From: Harriotta raleighana
Lineage: Eukaryota
Reading direction: 5' to 3'
Length of the DNA: 64,000 nucleotides
NCBI GenBank assembly: GCA_050575255.1
Contig: JBNZDD010013732.1
Coordinates: 9,804,225-9,868,224 of the forward strand
In this document: positions 36,284 through 50,602 of the stretch, piece by piece
Position numbering within the stretch: position 1 is the stretch's first letter
Layout: every line of letters begins with the position of its first letter
The notes under the pieces: generated by a model
Seen by the model: only the letters and a program-made list of their open reading frames with translations
What the model was told of the DNA's origin: nothing
Databases searched by the model: none
Program-made: the position numbers and the translations under genes

Positions 36284-39200
36284 GACAGAGGCCTTCCATC
36301 TGATTCCTAGTCTTGTGTGTTTGACAGAGCTTGGGCTTGCTTGCTCAGATCCAGTGTCCTCAGTGAGCAGAGGCTGACCAAGGAAGTGGGTAAGAGAGAG
36401 ACCAGTGTCAAGGTGTTTCGGAATACATGGTGAGAACCTACAGTTAATTCATCACTTTTGATAATTTATTCACTGGGCTCTTTTCCCTTGGAATGGCAAG
36501 CTTTCCAGATTTTTGCATCATTTCAAAACCAAAGAAAAATTCACTTCGACAGTTTTCATTTTTACTTAATGCGATTTGAACTCCTAATCAATATTCAGAG
36601 ACTCCTACGAGAAAAATAGATGTATGGATGTCTGATAAGGCGAGGATTGGGCTTGGCTCTCGTGATCAAATAACATACCAATTGTCACCATCTACGTTCA
36701 CACAAAAAAAATGGCAATTTAATGGCCATGGTCAAAACCTGTAGAACTGCACCCCAGCAGTTGTAGGAGAGGAAAAATGTGAAAAAAAACAGTAATAATA
36801 TCCAAGACATAAGTGCTTGTAACCTTTTTTCAATTAAATACATTCCTTTCCTCGAGCACACAGTGTGCTTCGAATGGTCCTTTCGCAAAACTAAGCAACT
36901 TTAATCTGTGCAGAAATGCTTAACCAAAAATAAAGTTTGAACTTTTAAACCTGACGTCCACGGCCCATAAATTCTGAGGCACGTGTTTATGCTGTCACCC
37001 CGTCAAACATTCCTTACATACCAGACAATGAGTTTACCTGCAGAGTGGTGCCACGAAGCAGGTCACAGACTTACTGACAGTCGCAGGTCAGCAGCAAAGT
37101 TGTAACTTGCTGCTTTACCCTGCCCCCAGCGATTTCTTTAGAGAAGAATAAAGTACATTCAGTTCACTGATGCCTTCTCACTGGTAATCAGCACTCCAAA
37201 AAACAGAGCCCACACCTGGAAGCAATTGCCTGGCGCGCGGTTGGTGGTGAAGGGGGAGTGGGAAGAAGAGGGGAAATGGGAAGAAGGTTTTAGCTGTTTG
37301 CTTTCTCTCAGGCTGTTTTTCCCTCTTATATATAACACACACACACACACACACAATCACACACAAATGTTTTGACCTTCCAATTGCAAGAAACACTTTG
37401 CTTCTTCATAAACACATTTTCAGTAATTAAAGGAATTTATGTAAAGAGAATGGATACGCTAATGCAGAAATTTTCTGCAAACGTATTTTTAATCTTTTAT
37501 ACAAAATTGAATTTTAAAATGTGCACAGGACCTGGTATTACGTCATATTTAGGCGTTCTGAGACGCCGTCCGGCATGGAGGGCGCTGTATAAATCTAAAT
37601 TATTGTTGTTGTTGTTATATTCGCAGTACATGTTCCCCAGAACTGAAATTCTCACCTTAAGCACCAAAACGTTACTAAAAAATAAAATTTAAGAAATTCC
37701 TAACCAAAAATTTCCAATGTCACAGAATGTGGGAAAGCCTTTCCAACTTCTGCTTGATGGATCTTTTGGGAACTATTCTGTTCATTTGTATTCAAAACTC
37801 TAGCAGTTACTTTGACAATATAACTATTACCTAACTGCTTTACGTTTTTTTTAAAAAAGACTGGATCTCCAACATACTGAAAATGCTGCATACAAAAGTC
37901 ACTGGAGTGCCACACAGTCAGATTCAGACAACCATGGAAAAGCTCCATACTCACTCCTGTGCCTTCTGATATGTTCACCACTAATTGTGTTTGCAGACTC
38001 AAAATGCAATTCTCATCATGTTATTCTCCAGCCAATAACTCATGGAATTTTAGTATATATTCAAGATCTATAGATCTGAATAAGTGAATGTAATCAGCTA
38101 CAGAAAAAGTAGCTAAAGAAAGCAAATTATCTGAAAGGTCAAATATAATATCTGGGCATTTAGACTAATGACCACTATTCATGAACGTCAATGCTATAAT
38201 CAAGGGATTTACTCCCAGATTTGTGGACCCGATATGGAATTAGATGCCCATTCATCAGTTTGATTGATTTAAAGTCTCCCAAGCTACATTAAAATACCAG
38301 TATCTGCTTAAGTTTGGTGGCGAATCAAAATTCAATTGCGGGATTGAGATAGCATAAAACTTGGAATAGCTGATTCAAGTTCCAAAATGACTTCCAAAAA
38401 GTGGTACTTTTGACCTGAAACAGATAGTTGCTTGATTTCAAATGAGGGGGTGTAAACAAGAGTTGGTTGATACCAATTAACCTACTCAGCTAAACATGCC
38501 CAAACTGTTAAGGTACATTTATGGTTGGTAAGATACATGAAACTACACCTCTTTCAAATGCTGTTGCTTTATGCTATAAATTATTAACACATTATTCGCT
38601 CAGTTTATGCAATTGAAATAGTGGATGCTCAACATTGATCCTTTACATTCAGATACACAACTTACTTGCCTGATAAGCCATTCAAACAAGGCAGCACAAG
38701 TTTATTATTTTATAGCTGAAACAGTTAACTAAAACAGTATAGTAAGTATACTACATATAGGGGTCAACAAAGTTTAAAATTGGAGTCATTAATAATAATA
38801 ATAGCCAGTAATAATGAATCTTATAATAATCCTTGCATTTGATATAGCAATTTTTCATGTCTTTGGGACTTCTTAAATTGCTTTAAAATCTTGTCAATAG
38901 ATATCAATACATAAGCATTCCATCATTCATCAGTGATGCTTCAGAACTGGGACTTTATGCCATGACATTGACTGTTACTGTCAAGGTTTCCTTTCACACT
39001 TGAATCACCAGTAATGAATTGCAATTAGTGGTGCTTCCTTCACATACATTAATTCACAGGAATCAACATAAACAGGGACCCATTTTGTGGAAGCACTAAC
39101 TTGTAGGTATGTTTTGGGACATTAGTTAAGAAATGCGAGGTCTGATTTTAGGGGAGGGTCAACCAATACCTGCAGATGGCTAATAAGGAGCTAATTTAAG

Positions 39201-40254
39201 TACATATCAGGATTCCACCTTCCAGTCTCTGTGGATCAGGGGTATTTTGCAAAAGCCACCCCCACCCCCTTCATCAGTTAACCCTGAAAATCAATGGTTA
39301 CACATGAATAAGACTTGGGTGAAGTACCCAAAAGTTTCCATCACCCAATGAACAGTACCATATTAAAAGAAAAAAAATCAACCTTCTTCAGGAGAAAGTT
39401 GGAACAAAAAAGGTCTGAATCATATGTTTCACCTTTATTTCACATTCAAGAGTTGAATCCAAACAGATTTTTTACAGTGCATAGATACTATTGTATAATA
39501 ATACTCGCATCACTGTTTGTGGCAATTCATTCATTTCAAATACTTTCATGATGTGTTATGTCTACCTTGTGGCATTGCAGAATCATTTGTCAAATCCCAC
39601 ATTATGAATTCTTGCTGAACCATTGCAGAACTCACAAATGCTAAAAAATGAAAAGTCGTTCTTTTATTTAAGTTTTGAAACAAACCTAAAATGCATGGTG
39701 CATGTGTATGAAATTAAGGCACATGTATATGAAGCTAAGACACATATGTAGAGCAGTGCATGGTGAAAGGGGATGTCTGATATATACAAAGGAACTGATA
39801 TTCAATTTAATTTTGATATACAAATAAACAACACCTTGTATATGAATGGCTCCAATTTTTTCTGCTCAGCTCTAAACATATTTGGCCATGCACCTGGTCA
39901 CTTGAGGTAAATTCAAGCACTAATTTCAAATTTAAAGATTACCAAGGAAATATGGATCTGAAGGCAAAGTGAGGTTAAGCTGTTGCTCAAAATTGCTCAA
40001 CTGAACCCACTGATATTTGTGAGTTTTCCAATCAAGATGCTATGCAGCATTATGTGGAAGCAATATTTTCCCCAACCAGACAAACAAAAAACAAGCAAAG
40101 AAGCTCACCTCACTTTCACTTCATGGACAACAATATATTATCAACAACTAAGTACAGTGACTGCATATAGAAATTAAGAAAATAAGGCACATGTCACAGA
40201 TGATTTAACTTATCAAGGGACAAGCTGAAAAAAAACATAAGGATCATGACTCAT

Positions 40255-40765
40255 TGTTCAACAATAAACAAGGCAAATGGGATTCTGGGTATATGGCCAA
40301 ATCCATTGAGTTCAGATCGCTAAGTATTTTTATCAGTCACCTACTAAAAAGTACTGGATACAGTTCTGCTCAGTGCCCATACGCTCTCACCAGAAGAAAT
40401 GCAGAGAATAATTAGAAAAATTACAGGTTTGAGGAATGATTAGATAAGCACGGGCTCTTCAGAATTATAGACATCTCAACAGGGGATCATATAGAGGTGT
40501 GTAAAATTCTTATATGGCATTGAGAAAGTTAATCCATATTTTCAAATTCATCAATACAGTAGAAGAGTACACAGGTTTAGGATTGTAATTGTTAGGACAG
40601 ACACAAGGAAGTATTTCTTAAACACAATGGTAATCAACAATGGAACAAGTTACCAGCAGGGGTAGTTGAGAATTGTTTATCCATCACAGTATTGGGCTTC
40701 TTTTCCCACAGTCAGTGGGGTATGTTTCGGAGAGAAAAAATGGGCTAAAAAGGCCTTCTTCCTCC
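40255..40765 (+). mobile_element. Old CR1 LINE 3' fragment
   Basis: aaggcaaatgggattctggg, aggggatcatatagaggtgtgtaaaatt, tggaacaagttaccagc and tgggctaaaaaggcctt motifs in CR1 order. Confidence 0.65.
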
Positions 40766-41504
40766 AAATCTCTTTTGTGATTGTTTTATATCTCCAGGCT
40801 AGATTTATTGTTTTCTAACAAGCAATATGATATGTACCATTCATTTGGGCTTGGTAAAGTTAAAATGTCTTTTTTTTAAAAAAACCTGTATGAAAAGAAT
40901 GAAGTGTTGGTACTGGTCAAATTTGGTAATGATCTGGAGAAAATCAATATGAATTTTGCTTAATTTCAGTGGACTCAGTTGCTCTTGAAATAAGCAACAA
41001 CACATAGCAACAACATGTTACAGTAAATCCAATGAAGCATTTTTAAAAAACATACTCCCGGCAGGTAAAGAGCTATAATAAATGCGAGGATTATTATTAA
41101 ATCTAGGTTACAAGAGAGTAAATAACCCTCCCCATTCGAAACATACCATGTATAATCATGAAATTGTGTACGGTTATGTCACTGAATCCCATAAGTACAC
41201 AGAAGAAAATATTAATCCAAATCAAATGTTAATATTGGCTCACAAAATGGGAACTAAACAGATCTGATCTGGACTGAGAGATACAATGGCTTATTTCCAA
41301 AATTGAGATAGATTATTGCTTTGTTTTGCTGATACTGTACTTGGCCAAAAATGACCTATGCAGAGGTCAAATTAAATCTTCCCATATATATCATGAGCAA
41401 CTAACTATGGACACCCTAATAAACAGTACCTCGCACTATTGAGTCTTAGGAATGAAAAATCTCAGCATGTGGCAAATAATTACCTCACAAATTAAAATAC
41501 TTAC

Positions 41505-41549
41505 CTTCAAACTGGCCCACATACAAATTACATCATGTTTCAAACACTT
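41505..41549 (-). CDS. Candidate 45-nt internal exon (KCLKHDVICMWASLK)
   Basis: Consensus donor AAG|GTAAGT, acceptor ccatag|, only phase 0 open; acceptor is modest. Confidence 0.3.
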
Positions 41550-41836
41550 CTATGGACTGAATCATAGCAAAACATTGCTAGATCACTAGTTATCTACTAA
41601 AAGATAGACCAACATTTTTGTACAATTCCATGGTAAGATAATGAAATACTGTGTGAGGCAAGATGACAATTTTATAATTTTGACTTGCAGTGAAAGCTAT
41701 GAACATCTTATCAACTGACCAGAATATCTAAGCAAGCAAGCAAAATATCCACATAATGATCCTTAATAATCATATCATAATAATATCATAATTGAGACAA
41801 GAACATATAAGTTACAATGGGCATATTTTACATATA

Positions 41837-42668
41837 CAGTAAAACCTTGTTTATCCGGCACCCACGGGACCTGACCAGTGGCAGTTAAATGGTTTTCTGG
41901 TTAAACAAACAAAAACTTTTTTTTAAATTAATTTTAACAATTTTTTTTAAAAAACAGCAATAACAGATTACCAGCTCCCACCCTGTGCAAACACAGGGAG
42001 CTGCAGTCCGCACGCCGCTAACCCTCAGCGAGAGGAAGGCACGGTTGATTACTGTGAAGCCTTCTTGCGAGGTATTTTGAATTGATTGAATACACTGGAC
42101 TTGCAGAGAGAGTGAGAGTACACACACACGTAAATGTTGAACAATACTATGTAAATAATAGACTAAATACACTAATAACAGATACTATACTAACAGAATA
42201 TTGTATTAGTACTTTAGAATTTATACTTAACTTCTACAATGGCTGGACTTGCAGAGAGAGAGAGAGAGAACACAGACACACAAATGTTGAACAATACTAT
42301 ATAAATAATAGACTAAATACACTAATAATACTATACTAACAGAATATTGTATTAGGACTTCAGAATTTATACTTAACTTCCACAATAGCCGCCAAAGGAG
42401 AGAAAAAAAAAATCGGGAAAACGGCATTTTTTTTAACAAGCGGTAGCATCGCGAGTTTTTATAAAAACGTTAATAGCGTGACTTTAGGCTCAACTAGCGG
42501 CCACTGATATAACTGCAGCAGTACTCGTGTGCGGGAATTCATTCATTAAATGTGTCTTTACTATTCTGCTGGTTAATTTCCGGTTCATCGAATCAGGACT
42601 TTTTTTTTGAGATAGCGATTGAACGGGTTTTCCGGTTCGTCAAGTCATGGATAAACAAAGTTTTACTG
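41837..42668. mobile_element. Non-autonomous pogo/Tigger-like DNA transposon, 832 bp
   Basis: TIRs CAGTAAAACCTTGTTTATCC / GGATAAACAAAGTTTTACTG, TA TSD; same family as 29522; internal ~150-bp duplication. Confidence 0.9.
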
Positions 42669-42834
42669 TACACGCACACATTTACTAAGTCAATACCATT
42701 TTCATTGGCAATCACAAATCCAGCGTGGTTAGCAAGTTGAATTTAAGTCAATATGCAAGACACAAATAGATAAGTTTACTGCAGTACAAATGGAGAAAGT
42801 ACCTTAAACATGAGAATAAATAAGACATTAAACT

Positions 42835-43232
42835 GTCTGAGTTGGGAACACTCTTGTCTTCAAATCAGAAGGTTCAAGTTTTATCAGAATTTTTAACTCA
42901 AAGACTAAGATGACATTCCAGTATTAGCAGGATTTTAATTTATTTGGAGATTTCACTCCTTTGGATGAGTTGTAAAATCAAGGTCCGATCTACTTTTTCT
43001 AGGGGACATTAAACATCCCATAGCACTAAATTAAAAAGCAAAGGAAGTTTTCCTGGTGTTATTGCCAACAATTCACACAATCAAGAGGTATTTCACGAAA
43101 TGGCTGTTTATGAGACATTCCTGGTACAAATTGGCTGCCTACAAAATGGAGTCACTACACCATTACAGTAATCCCATGAACCATTTCCATGTGTGCTCCT
43201 GATATGAAAGGTGTAACATTGAATGCAAGTTT
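42835..43232 (+). mobile_element. Old Deu-domain SINE (SacSINE1-like), near full length
   Basis: ttggatgagttgtaaaatcaagg, catcccatagcact, aaattggctgcc and tail. Confidence 0.65.
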
Positions 43233-45744
43233 TTTTATTATTATAATTTATTTATTACCATAATTAAGGATTTTGTTTCTGGGCCTGATGTTTGAATTCT
43301 TTAAGACTTGAGCTCATAACGAGGCACATAAGCAGTTCAGTGATACAAAAACTGTTAAGTGAAAATAATTTACTTGCATTAGTTATTTCATTATCTGTTG
43401 GATTCAATCAGCAATTGATCATATAAATTACACAAGTTGAAATGTTAACGCTACATTTAAGATTCGAAAAACAGGAAAGTTCCCTGAGGTTACTCTTACA
43501 GTAATGTCTGAAGAGAAACTCAATTTAATTATAATAATCAAAAATAGATAGTTCATTAAACATTCCACTTGATAATCCACTGACCGGGTTTCGCCAATAG
43601 CAGCAGTGCTGAAGCCAAATGAATACAAGCTTTCACTAAAAAAAACTAACAAAGCAGACAGCATGAACCCAGCCATTTATTCCGCTTAGTACCAGCAGTT
43701 GTTTTCACAAGCAGTTGTTTTCACAGTAATTATGCACAAGAAAGATATTCTTCCCACTGTCAGTAAATCCGTCCTCCATTTGCAAAAAAGAAACAGACAG
43801 AAATTCTTCATGTCATATTCAATAAATTCCCAAGCCGAGTTCCAACCAAAAGTAAAATTTGCAAGAAAAAATGCATCGCACTGGAAATTATATTTCCACT
43901 TGAGTTGCACATGAACTGTCACAACCAGGGAGAGAGAATATTCCCTACCAAAGTTCACAAAATAGTACCAAGGTATCAATGTTATCAAAGCCTCGTATTG
44001 AGCAAGTTAAATTAAACAGCAGTAATGTACTGTGCCAATTTCAAATATCCAAAATTAATATGTCCTAGATATACGCAAACCTGAGGGCAATTTGAATAAA
44101 TCAGTTTCTATTGCGGTTAGTTGTTCAACCAAAAGCATCATCACTGAGATTTAACCATCTCCTGATGCCCTCAAACAATAATTTTATTGTTCAGAAAAGC
44201 ACAAAGTGAGCTGATAGGATCAGATCTGGTATGCACTTTAATTGGAAAAACTTTGCCATAAATATGTATGAATCGGTTCTTACTCCTTCGGGGAATTAAA
44301 TCCATCCATCATGGATTAAAATGTAAATCAGTGTCATAGAATCCATTGGGGCATGACACACTTTACAGAATGTTATTTTAACTTGTGGTCCATTTGATCT
44401 TTAGTTGTTTACCCCACCCACCCACTTAAAAAAAAATCACCTTACTACATATGAAAATTGAGGTGATAGAGTTCACTATTAGGCATTTGTTTTTCAGTTA
44501 GCAAATAGGAAAATAAACCATTAGATCCATTTAAAAGCAGAATCACAAATTTTGCAACTATTTAAATTAATTAACATTTCTGTTTGAAAGAATAAGCTGA
44601 CTTTAGAGGAGCAGGGGATATCTGCCACAAACGCAGCAGTTAAATATTACTCAAGGCATTGATTGGAATTCATAGTCATGGCTGAGCATTACAAAGCATT
44701 CAATTGAATATTATCAGCAACTCGGATGCATTGAAAAGATGTTGCTAAAGCAACGAGAAGACAAATTGACATTTGGGCAATGACAAGATATTGGATTCAG
44801 GGGTAAACAGAGATTGAAATGAAGAAATCCTCCAAAGGACAATGGTTTCTGAGCTCCCAAAGCTTGGGAGAGGAGCATTCTGTGGAGGTGAAGAAAGCGA
44901 TGGTTGTACAGTTCACACTTGAGAAACACACACAGGTCAGACAGTGGAGGGATATAAATGACTACAGAAACATTCCACAACAAATATGAGAAGAATTTGC
45001 TAAAAAAAAAGTTCAAAATGTATTTGAGGTCTTCGAGAATTTCTCAGCCTTCTTCTGGAAAAATGCATTCAATACCAAATGCCCCGAAAAAAGGAGAATC
45101 TTAATTACACTGCTGCACCTCACAGCATAACTCATTTTCTTACCCTTTCTGATGGATGACATTTAAAGGAAACTGAAAAGGGAGAAAATAGCATACACAC
45201 TCCATTTACAAAAGGTCAGCTAAACCTGAAATAGTAATCCTATTGCTTCTCTCATGTCAAAGGACATATACATTCCACAAAGTCACAGTCCATAAAAACG
45301 TATGGGCACTTTTTCCAATTGAATCTGCTACAAACTTCCACAACAACAATCAGTGGGAGCAGAGCAGCAAGCAGAGGCAACAGATCAATTGATATGGGGC
45401 TCCAGCTCACTATATCAACTCCAAATATGCTTTTGTTAAAAAGATTATATATCCTAACATGTAGATGTATATGTATATGTTATATATATGTACACCACAA
45501 ATGTAAAAACATAGAAATGAACGAATAATAATGTACAATAACTCAAACACATGCAACGAGGTAGAACATTTTCCTTGCTTTAAACGTTTCATTCCTTAAT
45601 AGTTACAACACCTTTATATAACACCCTTCATGTAGGATGACCTCTTGAAGGTTCATCAGCAAATGGATTTCTCTCTCAGGGCTTTAAGAAAAATAATGAA
45701 CAAATATTTGGCAGAATATTAATAGAGTCTGAAAAATAAATTGC

Positions 45745-46175
45745 AGCAGGGGGAAATGGGGCATGAACAAATGGCTCATTGAATTTTTTGTTGGGGACAG
45801 CTCCTTACCTAGAAATATACACCCTAATCTCAATTCCTTATTCTTTTTATATACTCTTTATAATGTTGATCTTCAAATATTTATGCAATTCACTGTTAAA
45901 AGTTGTCATTGTTTAAGCGCTCTGAGACGCCGTCTGGCATGGAGGGCACTATATAAATCAAAGTNTAGCAGGGGGAAATGGGGCATGCTCATTGAATTTT
46001 TTGTTGGGGACAGCTCCTTGCCTAGAAATATACACCCTAATCTCAATTCCTTATTCTTTTTACATACTCTTTATATTGTTGATCTTCAAATATTTATGCA
46101 ATTCACTGTTAAATGTTGTCATTGTTTAAGTACTCTGAGACGCCGTCTGGCATGGAGGGCACTATATAAATCAAA
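45745..46175. other. Artefactual tandem duplication around n45965
   Basis: Two ~210-bp copies with a few SNPs and an indel, joined by a single N. Confidence 0.8.
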
Positions 46176-46357
46176 GTTGTTGTTATGTTATTGTCAGTCT
46201 TTCAGCTTCAATGGGCAATTGAAGCAAACAGTTCCACCTTCCAATCCTCTGCATGAAAAATCTCATCTCTTTTTATCTCTCAGTGACTAATTTGAGCTAA
46301 TACCACCAATGACCAACTCATACACCAGCAGAAAACATCCATTGCACCTCTGCTATC

Positions 46358-46673
46358 AGACACAAGAGATGAAAAGTAAATTGGTTAGATAGTTTTCATT
46401 GAAGAAAAACACCATGAAACACTAATGAGCCTGAGGTTCCCATACTGCACATCTTCCATTGAAGATCCCATTTTACTCAGGATTGGTTGAATTTAGAAAC
46501 ATAAAATAGCTGATANGACACAAGAGATGAAAAGTAAATTGGTTAGATAGTTCTCATTGAAGAAAAACACCATGAAACACTAATGAGCCTGAAGTTCCCA
46601 TACCGCACATCTTCCATTGAAGGTCCCATTTTACTCAGGATTGGTTGAATTTAGAAACATAAAATAGCTGATA
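46358..46673. other. Artefactual tandem duplication around n46516
   Basis: Two ~157-bp near-identical copies joined by a single N. Confidence 0.8.
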
Positions 46674-46969
46674 AGGATCTAAAATGAAAAGCAGCTTGAC
46701 AAGATTAACAACCAGCAGTGAATCGGGAGATGAATTTTTGATGGACACTTCCTCACTCCATTGGTCAAATACAATAAGCACTAAATGCAGCTCAAGTGGT
46801 TGGAGGATTCTCTTCTTTTAGACCTTATTTCATTTTTAGCACTACCACGATTAGGTTCCTCAAGCAAACTTTTCCAGTATCCTCCCTGGATTATTGACTA
46901 TTGCCTCAGTGAATAGGAAACAGCACACAAGTTTATTTTCCTGATCACAAAGCAAATACATTGTAAGTC

Positions 46970-47290
46970 AGTCTGGTACATCAATAGACCGCTGGCCTCT
47001 GAGTTAGAAGGTTATGGGTTTAAGCCCCAGGTCGGGACTTGGAACCACAAAGTCTAAGATGACACTCAAATTCAGTGCTGGGGGTTGTCGGAGGAGCCAT
47101 GCTATGGATGAGATGTTAAACCAAGATCCATCTGTTTATTCTGGGTATGTTAAAGATCCCATGGCACTATTTGGAAAGAGAAGGAATTTTTCATGGTGTT
47201 CTTGGCACCCCTGCTCAGGTCCAAATACCTAACTATCCAGTACTTTTGGTCATCCTCCCAATGTGAAAGGCTTAATACAAATGTAATTTG
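46970..47290 (+). mobile_element. Old Deu-domain SINE (SacSINE1-like)
   Basis: ctctgagttagaaggttatgggtttaagcccc head; ggatgagatgttaaacc; aaagatcccatggcactattt. Confidence 0.75.
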
Positions 47291-47883
47291 GTATTGTATT
47301 GACTTGTTGTACATTTTTGGCAGTCAGATGGAAAATCAACCAAGTCCAAGTCTAAAAGCTAATACAGATACAAATATTTCCCCTCCATCTATCTCCCGCA
47401 CCTCCTGAGCCCTTAATATTTAATGAATATTCCTCCTTTAATATTCTGCCTCAACACAAATTTAATCATTACATAAGCCAATGCCATTAGCTATAGTTAT
47501 TTGCGTTTTCAGTTCTGGCAGCCATGCACAGTGTCTGAAGTGGAGAATCTTTTTAATAAATCATATTTGGCAGGTTCTATAATAACAAGAGAAACCATCC
47601 ATACAGACAGAAACAAATGACATTGCAAATACTTTTGGGCAACAGTCTGTCCTGTACATCATATCCAGAATTGTTCCCCTACAGCAACTGTAATTGCATT
47701 CTTAAACCCCATGCAGTTTGTGCAGGTGCCTGACCGAAACATTGGTTAAGATTGTCAGAGCAAGCAAACGCTGGAAATACATAAAATGTCTGTGTGTAGT
47801 GGGCACTTTAGGAGAGAAATATGAACTTTTCATTCATGTAGAAACTAGTAGTGCTAATACAGCTTTAACCTGCACCAATACTG

Positions 47884-48070
47884 ATACAGTATATACACTA
47901 CAGTACATACACACTACAGTACATACTCACACAACAGTATATATACTACAGTATATAGTATTTTAAATCTACTTTAGNTACAGTATATACACTACAGTAC
48001 ATATACACTACAGTACATACACACTACAGTACATACACACACAACAGTATATATACTACAGTATATAGTA
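47884..48070. repeat. ~16-bp minisatellite built on TACAGTA (part duplicated at n47978)
   Basis: Repeated tacactacagtacata units. Confidence 0.75.
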
Positions 48071-48084
48071 TTTTAAATCTACTT

Positions 48085-48188
48085 TAGTAGATTTGTACAG
48101 AGAACAGTAGCTTACTGTACTGTCGGAATCCAGGTATATATACCTGGATTCCGACAGTACAGCTACTGTTCTCTGTACAAACCTACTA
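48085..48188. repeat. 104-bp near-perfect palindrome
   Basis: Centre ggTATATATAcc at 48138/48139; one mismatch and one 4-nt bulge. Confidence 0.95.
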
Positions 48189-50337
48189 CAGTCATACTTT
48201 TGTAACCTTCAATTCATTAAGCAAAATGAAAAGAAGTTATTTTACAGTTTTCACTCCCAGCTTTTCCGCTTAGCACCTCCTGCCATTCATTCCGTGGCAG
48301 ATGCAAGCAAATGTACAGTTTTAGACTTTTCCAAGCTTGTTTTATTTAATTGTATTTCATCCCAATTGTTTGTGCCATGAATTGTAATCAAAGAAAACAC
48401 CCTTGAATCAGTTGCACACGTAGATACATTTTAAACATACCAGACTGTTTGATATCAATGCAAACCAGAAGTACAGTATTAGGGTATTTTAGCTAGTTAT
48501 TTACTTGCTGTTGCAATGGAAGGTGCACTAACAAATGACATGTTTTATAGGAGGATAAACTGTGGGAGAACACTGCTGCCACAGAACAGAGCAACATTAG
48601 TTTCATGCTAAGTTTGCTGATCATAACAGAAGAGGTTTACAACTGGCTTCAGTAGTCCCCAATGGAAAGGGGGAGGGGGGAATGATGCTTGTGTCAATCT
48701 CCCTGTGTTAACCAGCAAGCTCCAAAAGTTTGCTCTTGGTTCATTCAGTTATTCCCCACACACTAATGCATCACAGATAACTGTCTAAATAAAGTACTGT
48801 AGCAGAAAGCTCCTGACATGCAAAGAGATTTACCCCAACATTCATTACCACTTTTCGGGGAGGAATCCATGAGGAAAAACATGAAATTCCAATCTGTGCT
48901 GAAGTAGCTGATCTCATCTTTAGCCACTAATTCAATTACAAAAAATGCCCTCAGCAATTCTGGACGAGGGAAAAAGGGGGAACAAAAAAAATGAATCATC
49001 AAAAATTTCTGCTCCACATCACCATCCGAAAACAGCTTGCTTATGGACAATGAGTGGAAAGAAGATTGATCCAGCAATCTGTCTCAGGTGAGGTAGTCAG
49101 TGCCCATGGAATTCCTGAAAATAAACAGCACCAAGAAGATAAAGGGAGAGGAGAGGAAAACAGGGAGCGGATCAATATAAAAAACAAATTGATAGCTTGT
49201 TAAATACTTTAACATTATTAGCCAACAAGTACACTTTACAAAAATAGATAGGACATAAAAACTCCTATTGTAATAATTATCCTACGTCTATTGGATTTCA
49301 ACGTGGTGCAATTTCCTAACATCATCTAATCTCTATCAGCCTCATTCCTCAGAGCAAAATGTCAAATTTTACCATTTGAAGTGCATCAGTTATATTGGTC
49401 TTTAGAAAAAGACTGATATATTGTTTATGTTGTTTCTTTAAAAAGAATCTCTGAACTCTAGAATCAACCAAAATAATGCTGGAGGAGATAGAGAAGTAAA
49501 TGTTTGAGATATAAAATTTAATTATTCTTCCAAGTGTCTTAGCCCAAAGGCCTGATTCACTGGTTGTGGATTTCTAGCAGTTTCTGTTCCTATTTATGGC
49601 CCAGTTGTTAGCTATAAAATTGTCTGGTCTACAGCTGTCTGAGTTCCATCCAATTTGAGAAGGGGGGAAAAAGAGGTAATAAATTCTATTGCTTGTGCTG
49701 TGCAAGGAAATAAAATGTCATTTTAGTACTTCCTTTAGAAACAAATTACAGGCACTCTAAGTTTTGTTGACCTAAAAGTTGCAGCTTCTTAATATTTGTT
49801 CAAAACGTTTTTGAACAGGCCCAAAACCTTTCTTTGATTGGGCACCTCATTCTTATTTCCTCCATCTCCTACCTTACTCGGTCTCTCGCAGACAGTCTCT
49901 ATGAAGCACTGCGAGACATTTGCCTCTGCGGAAACTGATGACTTTAAAATCGGAATTCAAGCAATTTCACTGAACTCATTCAAATAGGCCAGTTAATCAC
50001 AAAAATGATTTATAAGTAGAAAATGTCTTGAAGTATCAATCACAGTCACTGGTGCACTGATTGTGGAAGATAAAACTAGCAGACTGTAAAGCACTGGTGT
50101 CCCACACAAAGCACAGGCTTTTTAATCATTTTCCAGCTATGAAACTTTGCTTGCCAACCAAGGAAATGTTAGCTACTCAACTTCAGTTGGGAAGTATCTA
50201 TTCACCTGAATCAGAACAATTAGCTTTTTATTAATTTGAATACTTCATCATTAAATACTGTCACTTTCATCAATCTGAATGCAGTGAGACACCAAATCCG
50301 TGGACATGATAAATGATGGCCTCTTGCAATTGATTAT

Positions 50338-50602
50338 AAATAAATTTTTCATTTGACATAGCCCCATATCATGTCTTCGAGACATCATTACTTCATAGAA
50401 TATATAGTAAAGTGAATTGACTGTACATTTTGTGGGTGAAATGTGGCAGACAATTACGCAATAGTCCTGGATTGAGGGACTAATTTATTATTATTATTGA
50501 AGGAATTATTATCCTGTAAAAGCGATCTGCCAATCGAATAATAACCAGAGTCCTACTTACTGCTATATAAACAGAGACATGTGGAGTAAGGAAACTTGCC
50601 CA
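50338..50602 (-). mobile_element. SINE, long form, head missing
   Basis: Tail, core and cctacttactgcta...aacagagacatgtggagtaaggaaacttgcccaa. Confidence 0.85.

Noticed and set aside
43585-43635. 51-nt minus-strand exon candidate (ESLYSFGFSTAAIGETR)
   Set aside because: Good acceptor, but phase 0 starts with a stop, so it does not fit the phase-0 chain without further evidence
45763-46290. 175-aa ORF with an internal repeat
   Set aside because: Spans an N-joined false duplication and includes a LINE-type tail
48763-49120. Minus-strand ORF and acceptors near 48.9-49.1 kb
   Set aside because: Phase incompatible or frames closed; no recognisable homology
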